From Minisyncoccota bacterium (GTDB lineage Bacteria > Patescibacteriota > Minisyncoccia > Phycocordibacterales > UBA918): a stretch of DNA of 64,000 bases. Positions 48,354-57,356 of this stretch are shown here, piece after piece; within the stretch, counting starts at the first letter, position 1, and each line of letters begins with the position of its first letter. The stretch is taken from positions 33,346-97,345 of the forward strand of contig JALHRC010000001.1 in assembly GCA_022841645.1 (NCBI GenBank), in the 5' to 3' direction. The notes under the pieces were generated by a model. That model was not told where the DNA came from and ran no database searches. It saw only the letters and a program-made list of their open reading frames with translations. The position numbers and the translations under genes are program-made.

Positions 48354-48510
48354 ACGAGCACGCTGCTGTCTCGCCTCGGGCACGTGTTCACTGTTCTCTT
48401 TTAGGGAGAACAGTGCCCCTCTGCTCGCAGCACGGAAAAGCACCAGACATTTGTCTGGTGCTTTTCCGTGCTGCTGCGCAAGGCCCCCATCGCGACACCA
48501 GCGTGCTCGT
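48354..48510 (-). repeat. Multi-branch structured element C
   Basis: Outer stem ACGAGCACGCTG/CAGCGTGCTCGT with two inner hairpins; homologous to element B. Confidence 0.88.
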
Positions 48511-48542
48511 AATCAAAGTAAGGTCAGATTTCCACGGGCTTT

Positions 48543-49403
48543 TTAGAGCGATTGAAAAGGGAAGTGAGCGGTAAAAAAGGTGCTGGTGGCGGGGTGGTAG
48601 CGCGCGACGCCAAGGCCCTCCCGCTCTGCGAGGTCGGTAAGGGCAGCTTCGGGGAGCAGGAGTACGGCGGTCGCAAAGGCGTCGGCGTCGCGCGCGCTTT
48701 TCGCTAGCACAAAACTAGCGGCTTCGGTCTCTCCTATTATGTGGTGCTCGGTGCGGCCGTCTTTCCGCCACACTCGTTTGAAGGGACTCGAAGCGGCGAA
48801 GCCCCGGTTTTTGAGTGCTACCGTACCGAGATAGGTGTCGACCTCGGTGGGATGTTCGAGATGGATAGTGAGTGGCGCATCGTCGTCAGTGCTGCCGTAC
48901 ATATCACCCCCACCATTTATAAGAAATGACGCTACGCCACGGCTCCTTAATAGTGTCGCGAGTTCATCAACTAAATAGCCCTTTCCGAAACCGCCCGGGT
49001 CGAAGCTACCGGTTTCGAGTCTGATCTCACCCTCGGTGATGATGAGGTCGCTCTCGGGTGACGGCAGAGCGGCCGCAACCGCGGCCGCTCTGCCGTCACC
49101 ATAACCTCGCGCTACTAGTACTTCGCCCACCAAGCAATTAAATGTCCCCTCGGTACGTGTAAATAGCTCTTGCGCATACCTAAACAGCGCTAGACACGCG
49201 GGGTCGGGCACGCGCAGTACGCGCTCGCGATTGAGGATACCGACGAGTGAGTCCGGTCGAAACCTCGAGTAACGCGCTTCAAAGGTTGTTATGAGTGAAG
49301 TGAGTTCTGCGTGCACGTCTCCATGGTCAACTCCTATGGGCAGAGTTGCTTCGATCCACCACGCCGTGCCGAGAGCCGGAAAGCGGTCGAGGAGGAACTC
49401 CAT
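48543..49403 (-). CDS. apbE: FAD:protein FMN transferase
   Basis: ALGT, YSRFRPDS, FDPGGFGKGY, INGGGD, HHII, ADAFATA. Confidence 0.88.
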   Translation of the reverse strand: MEFLLDRFPALGTAWWIEATLPIGVDHGDVHAELTSLITTFEARYSRFRPDSLVGILNRERVLRVPDPACLALFRYAQELFTRTEGTFNCLVGEVLVARGYGDGRAAAVAAALPSPESDLIITEGEIRLETGSFDPGGFGKGYLVDELATLLRSRGVASFLINGGGDMYGSTDDDAPLTIHLEHPTEVDTYLGTVALKNRGFAASSPFKRVWRKDGRTEHHIIGETEAASFVLAKSARDADAFATAVLLLPEAALTDLAEREGLGVARYHPATSTFFTAHFPFQSL

Positions 49404-49408
49404 GTTGA

Positions 49409-49924
49409 CTACGACTGCGTCTTAACGATCGCCTCAGCTACCACTGCATTAAAGGCTTGGCTCGTAAGCGAAGCGCCACCAACCCGCGAGAGGGAAATGT
49501 CGCTGAGCTTCTTTCCTACCACCAGCGTTTTATAGCTGTCGTCAAAGCGCTCTTGGAAAGGGTTTTGTCCTTGACCCTCGTTGTAGCTACTATCGACGGC
49601 GGTCACCACGCCATCCTTCACGACCAGGTTTACTGTGATCGACTCCTGGATCTTGGCCGGTGAACGGTACGGCATATGAACGGTGAGGGACTGTGAGGCA
49701 GCCACTACCGGTGCTGGCGTGGGTGGCGGAGCGGTGGGGGTGCTGGCTGGTGGTGTCGCGGGCTGTTGCGCAGTTGCGCCCGTCGGTTGTGCTGTAGTAG
49801 TAGGTGACACGGTTTCCTCTACCACCACTTCAGGTTCTGTGCCTGGCGTTGGTTCGGCACGGTTAACATAGACAACACCCACAACAATAAGTACGAGAGC
49901 AACAATTCCGATAACAATTGGCAT
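49409..49924 (-). CDS. Membrane-anchored FMN-binding (flavinylated) protein
   Basis: N-terminal TM, Pro/Thr linker, C-terminal SRVGGASLTS flavinylation-like motif; adjacent to apbE. Confidence 0.8.
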   Translation of the reverse strand: MPIVIGIVALVLIVVGVVYVNRAEPTPGTEPEVVVEETVSPTTTAQPTGATAQQPATPPASTPTAPPPTPAPVVAASQSLTVHMPYRSPAKIQESITVNLVVKDGVVTAVDSSYNEGQGQNPFQERFDDSYKTLVVGKKLSDISLSRVGGASLTSQAFNAVVAEAIVKTQS

Positions 49925-50015
49925 AGGATAGGTTACAAGGAAATTAAAAGCTTAAACAGAAGAAGTATACACGACAGCGGGGCTCGTTTGCTCACTTCTG
50001 GTACAATACGGGTTC

Positions 50016-51578
50016 ATGACAGATTTATTTCATAAGGTAGCGGCCCCGTTTGCGCGTCATCTCGACCGCACTGGTATGTATCGCGTAGTGACGCAGAGTC
50101 TCATTGCCTTAACACTCATCTCACTCATTGCTGGAGCGTTTGGCCGTATACCGTACACCGTTCCCGAGCAGCTTATTTCACTTGCTCTAGCACTCGGGAC
50201 GGCATTTCTATTTAACGCTCTCGGAGCCCGGCTGTGGCGCATACATGTTAATTATGAATCCGCTATTATCACTGCGCTTATAGTCCACTTCCTCGTGGTA
50301 CCACCGACACTGAGTAGCGTGGTGGACAACTGGCAGGTGATGGCCGTGACGGCCATCGCTATTACGTCGAAATTTGTACTCGCTTGGCGTGGGCAGCATC
50401 TTATGAATCCGGCTGCGACGGGCGCTGTTGTGCTCGCGCTCGGCCTAGGGTTCTTTTCCACCACCGGTTTTTATAGTGGTTGGTGGATCGGCAGTCCCAC
50501 GCTGTTTATCCCACTGCTTATCTGTGGCGCTCTCGTGGTCTCGAAAGTCCGGGCCTGGCCACCGGTCTTGGCGTTTCTTGGTGTTGGCTTTCTGGTCTTT
50601 CTGTTTGAAGAGTGGCGCTTTAGTGGGGATGTGATCACGGGCGCGCAATATTTTTGGCTATCAGGACCATCAATCTTTTTGGCGGCCTTTATGCTCACTG
50701 AGCCGTTTACCATGCCACCAACCCGTAATCTTCGTCTGGCCTACGGTGCACTGGTGGGCGCGATCGCACAAACTTCGCTCTTCATGCCGTTTGTTACCAT
50801 TACTCCTGAGCTCGCGCTCGTTGCTGGCAACTTGGCGTTTTTTAGTTTTACAGTTCGACAAAAGCTCCGGTTGCCGCTCCTGCAGGCCCGCACAATTGCC
50901 GACCGCACCTACGAGCTAATCTTTAAAAAGCCGGCTAGTTTTACCTTTAAAGCGGGGCAGTACCTGGAGTGGATGTTGCCGCATCAAGGTGCCGACAGTC
51001 GGGGTATTCGCCGCTATTTCACGATCGCTTCATCGCCCACCGAGCCCGATATTCGCCTGGCGCTCCGCGTGCCTCCGGAAGCGGGGAGTACCTACAAGCA
51101 ATCACTTGTATCCCTCGCGCCCGGGCAGGTGGTGACCGCGAGCCAGCTGGCGGGAGATTTTGTACTGCCGAGCGATCATACACTTAAAATTGCGATGGTG
51201 GCCGGTGGCATTGGGGTCACACCATTTCGTAGTCACTTGGCGTTTCTTACCGATGCCGGTACCAAACAAGACATCGTACTTTTTTACTGTAACAACACTG
51301 CTGCAGAGATTGCTTATAAGGATGAGTTTGCGCACTTTGCGAAGGCGCTACCGCTGCGGATAGTACATGTTTTAGCCAAGGAAACGGTTCGGGGTGCCGA
51401 GTATGAGCAAGGCTTCTTGTCAGGTGAAATTATTGTCCGCCGCAGCCCCGATTACCGAGAACGTCTTTGGTATGTCTCCGGTCCACCACCAATGGTAAAC
51501 GCTATTACGTCACAGCTGCGCACACTTGGCGTGCCACGTGGGCAGATCGTGAAGGACTTTTTCCCGGGCCTAGCCTAG
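50016..51578 (+). CDS. RnfD/NqrB-like membrane domain fused to an FNR-type FAD/NAD(P)-binding domain
   Basis: SKF..HLMNPAA, FMLTEPFTMP; RRYFTIASSP, AGGIGVTPF, YVSGPP.MV. Confidence 0.85.
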   Translation: MTDLFHKVAAPFARHLDRTGMYRVVTQSLIALTLISLIAGAFGRIPYTVPEQLISLALALGTAFLFNALGARLWRIHVNYESAIITALIVHFLVVPPTLSSVVDNWQVMAVTAIAITSKFVLAWRGQHLMNPAATGAVVLALGLGFFSTTGFYSGWWIGSPTLFIPLLICGALVVSKVRAWPPVLAFLGVGFLVFLFEEWRFSGDVITGAQYFWLSGPSIFLAAFMLTEPFTMPPTRNLRLAYGALVGAIAQTSLFMPFVTITPELALVAGNLAFFSFTVRQKLRLPLLQARTIADRTYELIFKKPASFTFKAGQYLEWMLPHQGADSRGIRRYFTIASSPTEPDIRLALRVPPEAGSTYKQSLVSLAPGQVVTASQLAGDFVLPSDHTLKIAMVAGGIGVTPFRSHLAFLTDAGTKQDIVLFYCNNTAAEIAYKDEFAHFAKALPLRIVHVLAKETVRGAEYEQGFLSGEIIVRRSPDYRERLWYVSGPPPMVNAITSQLRTLGVPRGQIVKDFFPGLA

Positions 51579-51629
51579 GACGAGTAGCCTTTCACAGGTC
51601 CGACCTGTGAATATTAAAGAGTACCTGAT

Positions 51630-52292
51630 TTACCACTCGATCGGAGTTTGGCCGCGTTCCTTCAAATAGGCATTGGCTTTGCTGAAGTGTTTGCAGCCGA
51701 AAAAGCCATTATAGGCAGAGAAGGGGGAGGGGTGAGCTGCTTCGAGGATTAAATGTTTATCGCGATTGATGTGGGCACCTTTTTGCTTGGCGTAGTTGCC
51801 CCACAGCATAAACACTAGGTGCTCGCGCTCCTCGGAAAGCGCTTTCACTACAGCGTCGGTAAATTGTTCCCAACCCTTGCCTTGATGCGAGCCGGGACTA
51901 CTGGCTGCCACCGTCAGTGTGGCGTTAAGTAAAAGTACGCCTTGCTTGGCCCAGCGCTCGAGATTACCGGAGGAGGGAATTGGTGTACCAATGTCATCAG
52001 CGATTTCCTTATACATGTTTTGTAGCGACGGCGGCGGTCGCACACCATCGCGCACTGAGAAGGAAAGACCGTGGGCTTGGCCAACACCGTGATACGGGTC
52101 TTGTCCCAAAATTACTACCTTTACCTTTGCAAAAGGGCAGTGCGCAAAAGCGTTGAAGATATCTTTTGGCGCCGGATAGACCGTGCCGGCGAGGTAGGCG
52201 GCGCGCACAAATTCCTTGAGCTCCTTGAAATAATCCTGTTCGAATTCAGGGGCGAGCACCATTTTCCAGCTTTCTTCAATACGAACGTTCAT
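51630..52292 (-). CDS. ung: Uracil-DNA glycosylase
   Basis: GQDPYHG, PPSLQN, GVLLLN, HPSPFS. Confidence 0.97.
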   Translation of the reverse strand: MNVRIEESWKMVLAPEFEQDYFKELKEFVRAAYLAGTVYPAPKDIFNAFAHCPFAKVKVVILGQDPYHGVGQAHGLSFSVRDGVRPPPSLQNMYKEIADDIGTPIPSSGNLERWAKQGVLLLNATLTVAASSPGSHQGKGWEQFTDAVVKALSEEREHLVFMLWGNYAKQKGAHINRDKHLILEAAHPSPFSAYNGFFGCKHFSKANAYLKERGQTPIEW

Positions 52293-52320
52293 CGCGGAAG
52301 TATACGATACTTGTCAGCTC

Positions 52321-52467
52321 AGCGTCACGGCAGCAATTGTTCGGCACGCGTCTCGTTTTCTCTTGGGGGAGAAAACACGCGCTCCCGCTCAGGGTGGTAC
52401 TTTTCTCAAGCAGGCTTGAGAAAAGTACCACCCTTCCGCGAGACCTCACATTTGCTGCCGTGACGCT
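52321..52467. repeat. Multi-branch structured element D
   Basis: 16-bp terminal inverted repeat AGCGTCACGGCAGCAA; two inner hairpins; core CTCCCGCTC-[stem]-TCCGCGAG. Confidence 0.8.
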
Positions 52468-52480
52468 TGTCCACTATTTT

Positions 52481-53203
52481 TTATACTTCGGGCTGAAAGT
52501 TATTACGGCTCCAGTTCCATAAAATTGGATGGAGCGTAATCGGGGCAATGCCGGTATTTTGAAGAAGGGTAAACCACGCCGCCGCTACCTCTTCAGGAGA
52601 AGCTCCAGCTGGTACAAGACCAAGGTGTACTGAACACTGCTGTACGTGCGTGTCGGGAATAATTGAAAGTTGCTCTTTGTTCTGCAACGGTATGTCGGTG
52701 TAATGGTGGAGAATGTACAGCCAGTAATTGGCCATTTTGCCGCCATTTAGGTAGGGAAAGTCGACCTTGTGTTCACGCAAATAAGGAATAACACTCGGGA
52801 CATCGTAGTGGTGTGTTTTCAGAAGTAAGCGTGGGTCACTGTGCCAGTCGCGGTGGAGTGTGGTGCATAGCCGATGCCAGATGGCGGTATGTTTGTTCTC
52901 TTGTAGTGAGAGCTTGTGTTTCCGTAGGTCACTGCGCAGTTTTTCGTATGGTGCAGCGACGACGAGCTCAGGAAAAAACACATAGTTCGTTTCCGGATCT
53001 TCCCACGTGGCGAGCGCCGCCCGCCATAGAGCGGGGCTTTGACGTTGAAAGTTGAGCGCTGGTGCAAGAGTAAAATACAAGTAACGTTCGCGACTATCCC
53101 GCGGCAGGTCTGGATGTACTTCATGTTCGTGTTCACGCGGGATAGCGCCGGCATCCCAGAGTGCCATCAGTTTTTTAACTTTTGCGAGTGGTAAGTCGTT
53201 CAT
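52481..53203 (-). CDS. Hypothetical protein, divergent HhH-type DNA glycosylase-like
   Basis: FPYLNGGKMAN (HhH-like with Lys) followed by IPDTHV; ATGA-coupled to mutM. Confidence 0.6.
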   Translation of the reverse strand: MNDLPLAKVKKLMALWDAGAIPREHEHEVHPDLPRDSRERYLYFTLAPALNFQRQSPALWRAALATWEDPETNYVFFPELVVAAPYEKLRSDLRKHKLSLQENKHTAIWHRLCTTLHRDWHSDPRLLLKTHHYDVPSVIPYLREHKVDFPYLNGGKMANYWLYILHHYTDIPLQNKEQLSIIPDTHVQQCSVHLGLVPAGASPEEVAAAWFTLLQNTGIAPITLHPILWNWSRNNFQPEV

Positions 53204-54060
53204 GGCTTCTGGCATTTAGGGCAATAATGGGTGCCGCGGCCGGCGCAGCGGATCTTTACAATGTTGGTGCCACATACCGCGCAGGGAGTATTTTGTTTGC
53301 CAAAGACACGCAGGTAGTCAGAGAAGTTGCCCTTCTCGCCGCCCGTGTCGGCAAAATGTTGGAAGGTGGTGCCGCCGACAGCGATTGATTCCGAAAGTAC
53401 GTCGCGGGCAGCCACCGCCACGAGGCGCAGGCGTGGCAGTGAAAGGGAAGTACCTAAGCTCGTAGGGCGTACCCCGGCGCGAAAAAGCGCTTCGTCGACG
53501 TAGATGTTCCCGAGGCCCGCGATGAATGACTGGTCGAGGAGAATGGCCTTGATGGGTGTGCGACGCTTTTTGGCACCGCGTACAAATGCTTCCACATCAA
53601 ACGTGTCGCTGATCGGTTCGGGGCCAAAGGCGGCGCGCGCTTCCTCTACCTCGCGTGGACTCGCGAGTTTGGTGTAGCCAAAAAGCCGCATGTCGTTGAA
53701 GTAGAGGGTGCTGCCGCCCTCCAAGTGAAAAGCCACGCGCGTGTGCTTACTTGGCAGTGTGGTGTCGATGGGGGAGAGGGTGTGCCCGCCACCCGACACT
53801 TTCCCCTTGTCTACATAGAGAAACTGCCCGGTCATCTTAAGGTGCGCGAGGAGGTGGTGCGCGGAGTCTTGAAAAGACACAATAAGCAGCTTTCCTACGC
53901 GGTCGATGTCAGCGATGGTAAGTCCTTTGAGTTTTCGGCCAATGGCGCGATCGTGTGCGACAGTTTTGGGGTGAAAAACCTCTACGCAGGCGATAGTTTT
54001 GCCGCGTACTTTCTGTCGTAACTGTAGGCGCACCGTCTCGACTTCGGGTAGTTCGGGCAT
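53200..54060 (-). CDS. mutM: Formamidopyrimidine-DNA glycosylase
   Basis: MPELPEVET, HLKMTG, GLGNIYVDE, C-terminal Zn finger. Confidence 0.97.
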   Translation of the reverse strand: MPELPEVETVRLQLRQKVRGKTIACVEVFHPKTVAHDRAIGRKLKGLTIADIDRVGKLLIVSFQDSAHHLLAHLKMTGQFLYVDKGKVSGGGHTLSPIDTTLPSKHTRVAFHLEGGSTLYFNDMRLFGYTKLASPREVEEARAAFGPEPISDTFDVEAFVRGAKKRRTPIKAILLDQSFIAGLGNIYVDEALFRAGVRPTSLGTSLSLPRLRLVAVAARDVLSESIAVGGTTFQHFADTGGEKGNFSDYLRVFGKQNTPCAVCGTNIVKIRCAGRGTHYCPKCQKP

Positions 54061-54184
54061 AGGGAAGTGGGGTCATTCTAGCACTCAAAGAGGTGGGTGT
54101 CGTGCCTAGGGCAGGCCAGAGTAGCCTTGTTTTTAGCCATGCCCACGGGCTTTGGGCGAGGGGCTTGACAGTAAGGCATATATA

Positions 54185-54213
54185 TTGACAAATCGAATAG
54201 AATTTGCTATACT
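54185..54213 (+). promoter_or_regulatory. Near-consensus sigma70 promoter
   Basis: TTGACA-17 bp-TATACT with upstream TG; a second TTGACA at 54165. Confidence 0.75.
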
Positions 54214-54632
54214 ATATGTGTAGAGTTCCTCCTTAGGTACGTGACTTGGGTTACTACCTCGTTCTCCAGAATAGTAAGCGTTGTGTCGAAAACGACAAGT
54301 GTACTTTGTTAGTTTTCGGTAGAACGCTCACTGGATGGTGAGAACGGTTCTTTGACTTTGACGTAAATAAAAAGAAATCAGGACTTCCGAGAAGCTTTCT
54401 TGTCCCATCTACGGCGTTGCCTGCGTCGCAAAAACATTCACTGTACGTCTAGTACAGCTTATGCTTTTGCTCCTGGGCGCCTTGTAGCTAGAACAATAAA
54501 TCTTCTCTTAAAACAGAATCTAGCGAGCGAATTGCGGCGACCGAGGTGTTTGGGTGATGTGGTGTTTCTATACCACCTCGCCACCTCGGTCGCCGCGATC
54601 CTGCGGCACCAATTCCCTGAAGGGAGAACGCC

Positions 54633-55205
54633 ATGCGCGTGCTTCGTAACTTGGGCGCCTGCTTGGCGCTCCTCCTCTCGCTCGTCGCCTGCGCTACCAC
54701 CCAGACCGGTGGAGCGCAGTGGGCCGGCCTCGACGCGGACCGCTGGGGCGGGGTTCTCTGGATCAAGGAGACCACCCGTACCCGCCAGATGATGGCGGGT
54801 CTCACCGGGGCGCAGCGGTTCGCGCAGCTCTATGCGGCGATCAATCCGCGTACGCCCGCCGATCGCATCAGCGGCGTCGAGCCGGGTCGGAACGGACCGG
54901 TCACCATGACCATCCGTTCCGGTCCCACCGTCCACTGGCGGGGTGAGGGGCAGATCGACAATGGCATCGCGCGAGTGCGCGTGCCGGCGGGGACGAGGAT
55001 TCCCTCGACTGCGTCCCTCTGCGCCGTCTTCCCGACGACGCTCGGCCCGAACAATCAGGTTAGCCCGCGTGAAGATATCGTGGCGAGAGGCGAAGAGGGT
55101 CGAACGGCCTGCCTCGATGGGCGGATCTTCGACTACTTCGTCAACCAGAGCCGCGGTCGGCGAGCGGAGGACGGCCTGGCCGTCCTTGGCTTCGAAAGGA
55201 GCTGA
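54633..55205 (+). CDS. Putative lipoprotein, orphan
   Basis: GGGAG upstream; signal peptide ending in the lipobox LVA|C; GC-rich. Confidence 0.65.
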   Translation: MRVLRNLGACLALLLSLVACATTQTGGAQWAGLDADRWGGVLWIKETTRTRQMMAGLTGAQRFAQLYAAINPRTPADRISGVEPGRNGPVTMTIRSGPTVHWRGEGQIDNGIARVRVPAGTRIPSTASLCAVFPTTLGPNNQVSPREDIVARGEEGRTACLDGRIFDYFVNQSRGRRAEDGLAVLGFERS

Positions 55206-55207
55206 GG

Positions 55208-55783
55208 ATGATCAAGCGTCGTTCTATCATCTTCGCTGCCGGAGCGAGCTTGCTCGCTCCGGCGGTGGCCACAGCCCGTCAGTCGCGTTCGAACTACGAG
55301 CCGGTCTGGTGGAATGCCACCACCGGCGTCTCCGAGTGGCGGCAGCTGGGTGCGCGACCGCAGCGGGAGACCGCGACGTTTGCGCAGTTCCTTGCCATGC
55401 CGCGCGTGCGTCGGGCTCTCTCCGAGAACCCGACCACAGCGGCAGTGCGGGCAGCGGCACTGGGTGCGGAGATGGGGCGTGTGAAGCGGGAACATCCCCG
55501 CGGCAATGTTCATCTCTTCCAGCACCAGCGGTTCGACATCATGGGCTTCGCCGCCCCGCGCGGTAGCCAGAGTGGTGTCGCTTCGCTGGCCACCAACGTC
55601 CTCCTGACCGCTTCGCTCGACGGTGTCAACACCGCGGGTTGGGTGGTCAACGAGTACTGGAGCGGTGGTGGTGTTCAGGCTGCCGAGTGGGCTGTCTGTG
55701 GCAACTCCACCCTCGACGGTCACGGCTCCACACTCCCATGCGAGTGCGTCCCTCGGCTGGGTGACTTCTGCCCACAGTCCTGA
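55208..55783 (+). CDS. Putative exported protein with twin-arginine-like signal and Cys-rich C-terminus
   Basis: MIKRRSIIFAAGASLLAPAVATA; AGGAG upstream; CGN...CECVP..DFCP. Confidence 0.65.
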   Translation: MIKRRSIIFAAGASLLAPAVATARQSRSNYEPVWWNATTGVSEWRQLGARPQRETATFAQFLAMPRVRRALSENPTTAAVRAAALGAEMGRVKREHPRGNVHLFQHQRFDIMGFAAPRGSQSGVASLATNVLLTASLDGVNTAGWVVNEYWSGGGVQAAEWAVCGNSTLDGHGSTLPCECVPRLGDFCPQS

Positions 55784-55904
55784 TCGGTGTTGGCCGTCGC
55801 GTTACAGATGTTTCGCGACGGCTCCACCACCTTTTTATTTTTATTATTCTCGCGTACATGGTGTAGGTGAGAATAACTGAAATAAAAATAATTATTTATT
55901 GACT

Positions 55905-57200
55905 ATGCAAATCTTTATCAAAGGTACTTTAATTGCGGTTGTGGCCATTGGAGTTTTCTCTTCAGTAGTGGTTTTCGACCTGCAACAGCACGCTGGCTAC
56001 CTTACTTCCACAGTAGCCGCTTTCGGTGAAGGTGGTAATGATGGTGGTGGTGGTAATGACGGCGGTAGTAACGGTGGTGATGGTGGTAATGATGGTTGTG
56101 GTGGTTGTAATCCTGCACCTGCTGACCCGGGAGGCGGCGGCACCACTAACCCCCCTTCAAACGAAAACGGTGGTGATATTCCACCCCCTCCACCCCCGCA
56201 GCCTCCGGCAAACATCCCGCCCGTGTGTACCTTACAGGCAAACCTTACCTCAATCGTGCGGGGTAACAGCGCAGTCCTCACCTGGACCATGAGTGCCGAC
56301 ACCACCGGTGCGACGCTCAATGGCGCTTTCCTGGCCGTCGGAAATGGTTCACAGACGGTCTCTCCGACTGAGACTATTACCTACACCATATTAGTAACCG
56401 ATGGCGAACTCTCTTCTACGTGTGCCGCTACGGTAACGGTTACTACCACTCCCACTACACCGACCTTCACGTGTGAAAACAACGTGACCTTGAGCGTTAG
56501 TCCAACCCGTATCACGCGTGGCAATAGTGCAACAATTTCCTGGAACGTTACGGGTGCAACCAGTGTGTCGATCGATAATGGGGTGGTGACCAATAATGCC
56601 CGTTCTGGATCGGCAGCCGTGTCGCCTAGCGACAGCACCACCTATACACTTACCGCAGTGAAGGGTGCTACTACCATTACCTGCGCGGTAACGCTTACTG
56701 TAGAGAGTGGTGGCGGAGGTGGGGGTGGTGGCGGTTCTTCTACTCCCCGCTGTGAGCTCACGGCGTCTGACCGCACTATTCGCTCGGGCGACCGGGTCAC
56801 CCTCCGTTGGGAGACGTCACGCGCTACCTTTGTCGAAATTCGCGACAATCGTAACAATGTGATTGTGACCACCCGCGGCAAGCTTGGTCGCGATAAGGAA
56901 GAGCTGTATGACGGCAGCATTACCGTGCGTCCAGCCCGCGATACCACTTATACCCTCACGGCAGAACGTGGTAGTCGTGATCGTGAATGTACGGTAAAGA
57001 TCGATGTGAGTGACGACGTTACGGTAATCCGTGATCAACAGCCACTCGTGGTCAGTATCCCACTTTCCTCACTACCGTACACTGGTGTTGACGCAAAGAC
57101 GGCGATGCAGCTCTCGATATTGGCACTCCTTGTAGCATGGGCCGGGTACCTCGCGTACACCTTCTACCGCCGCGACAAGTTGGCAGTAGTGAAGCGCTAA
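55905..57200 (+). CDS. Cell-surface protein with three Cys-bracketed beta-rich repeats and a C-terminal LPYTG-TM-basic tail
   Basis: Repeats C.L....I.RG.S..L.W...V.P..T.TYT....C; Gly/Pro linkers; LPYTG then hydrophobic helix then RRDK..KR. Confidence 0.8.
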   Translation: MQIFIKGTLIAVVAIGVFSSVVVFDLQQHAGYLTSTVAAFGEGGNDGGGGNDGGSNGGDGGNDGCGGCNPAPADPGGGGTTNPPSNENGGDIPPPPPPQPPANIPPVCTLQANLTSIVRGNSAVLTWTMSADTTGATLNGAFLAVGNGSQTVSPTETITYTILVTDGELSSTCAATVTVTTTPTTPTFTCENNVTLSVSPTRITRGNSATISWNVTGATSVSIDNGVVTNNARSGSAAVSPSDSTTYTLTAVKGATTITCAVTLTVESGGGGGGGGGSSTPRCELTASDRTIRSGDRVTLRWETSRATFVEIRDNRNNVIVTTRGKLGRDKEELYDGSITVRPARDTTYTLTAERGSRDRECTVKIDVSDDVTVIRDQQPLVVSIPLSSLPYTGVDAKTAMQLSILALLVAWAGYLAYTFYRRDKLAVVKR

Positions 57201-57225
57201 GGAAGTCAAAACGAGCAAATAAACA

Positions 57226-57264
57226 ACAAAGCCGCGGCCCCCACTATGGGGGCCGCGGCTTTGT
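57226..57264. terminator. Terminator-like hairpin between convergent genes
   Basis: ACAAAGCCGCGGCCCCC-ACTAT-GGGGGCCGCGGCTTTGT. Confidence 0.75.
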
Positions 57265-57356
57265 CTTATGAGTTTCCATGAGGAAACCCCACCCGAGGGA
57301 TACGGGTGGGGTGTGTGGTAGACGGACGACACAAGTGCGTCGTCCGTCTACCACCG

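Noticed and set aside
56025-56110. GGTGGTAATGAT-like tandem repeats
   Set aside because: Explained by the Gly/Asn/Asp linker of the surface protein.
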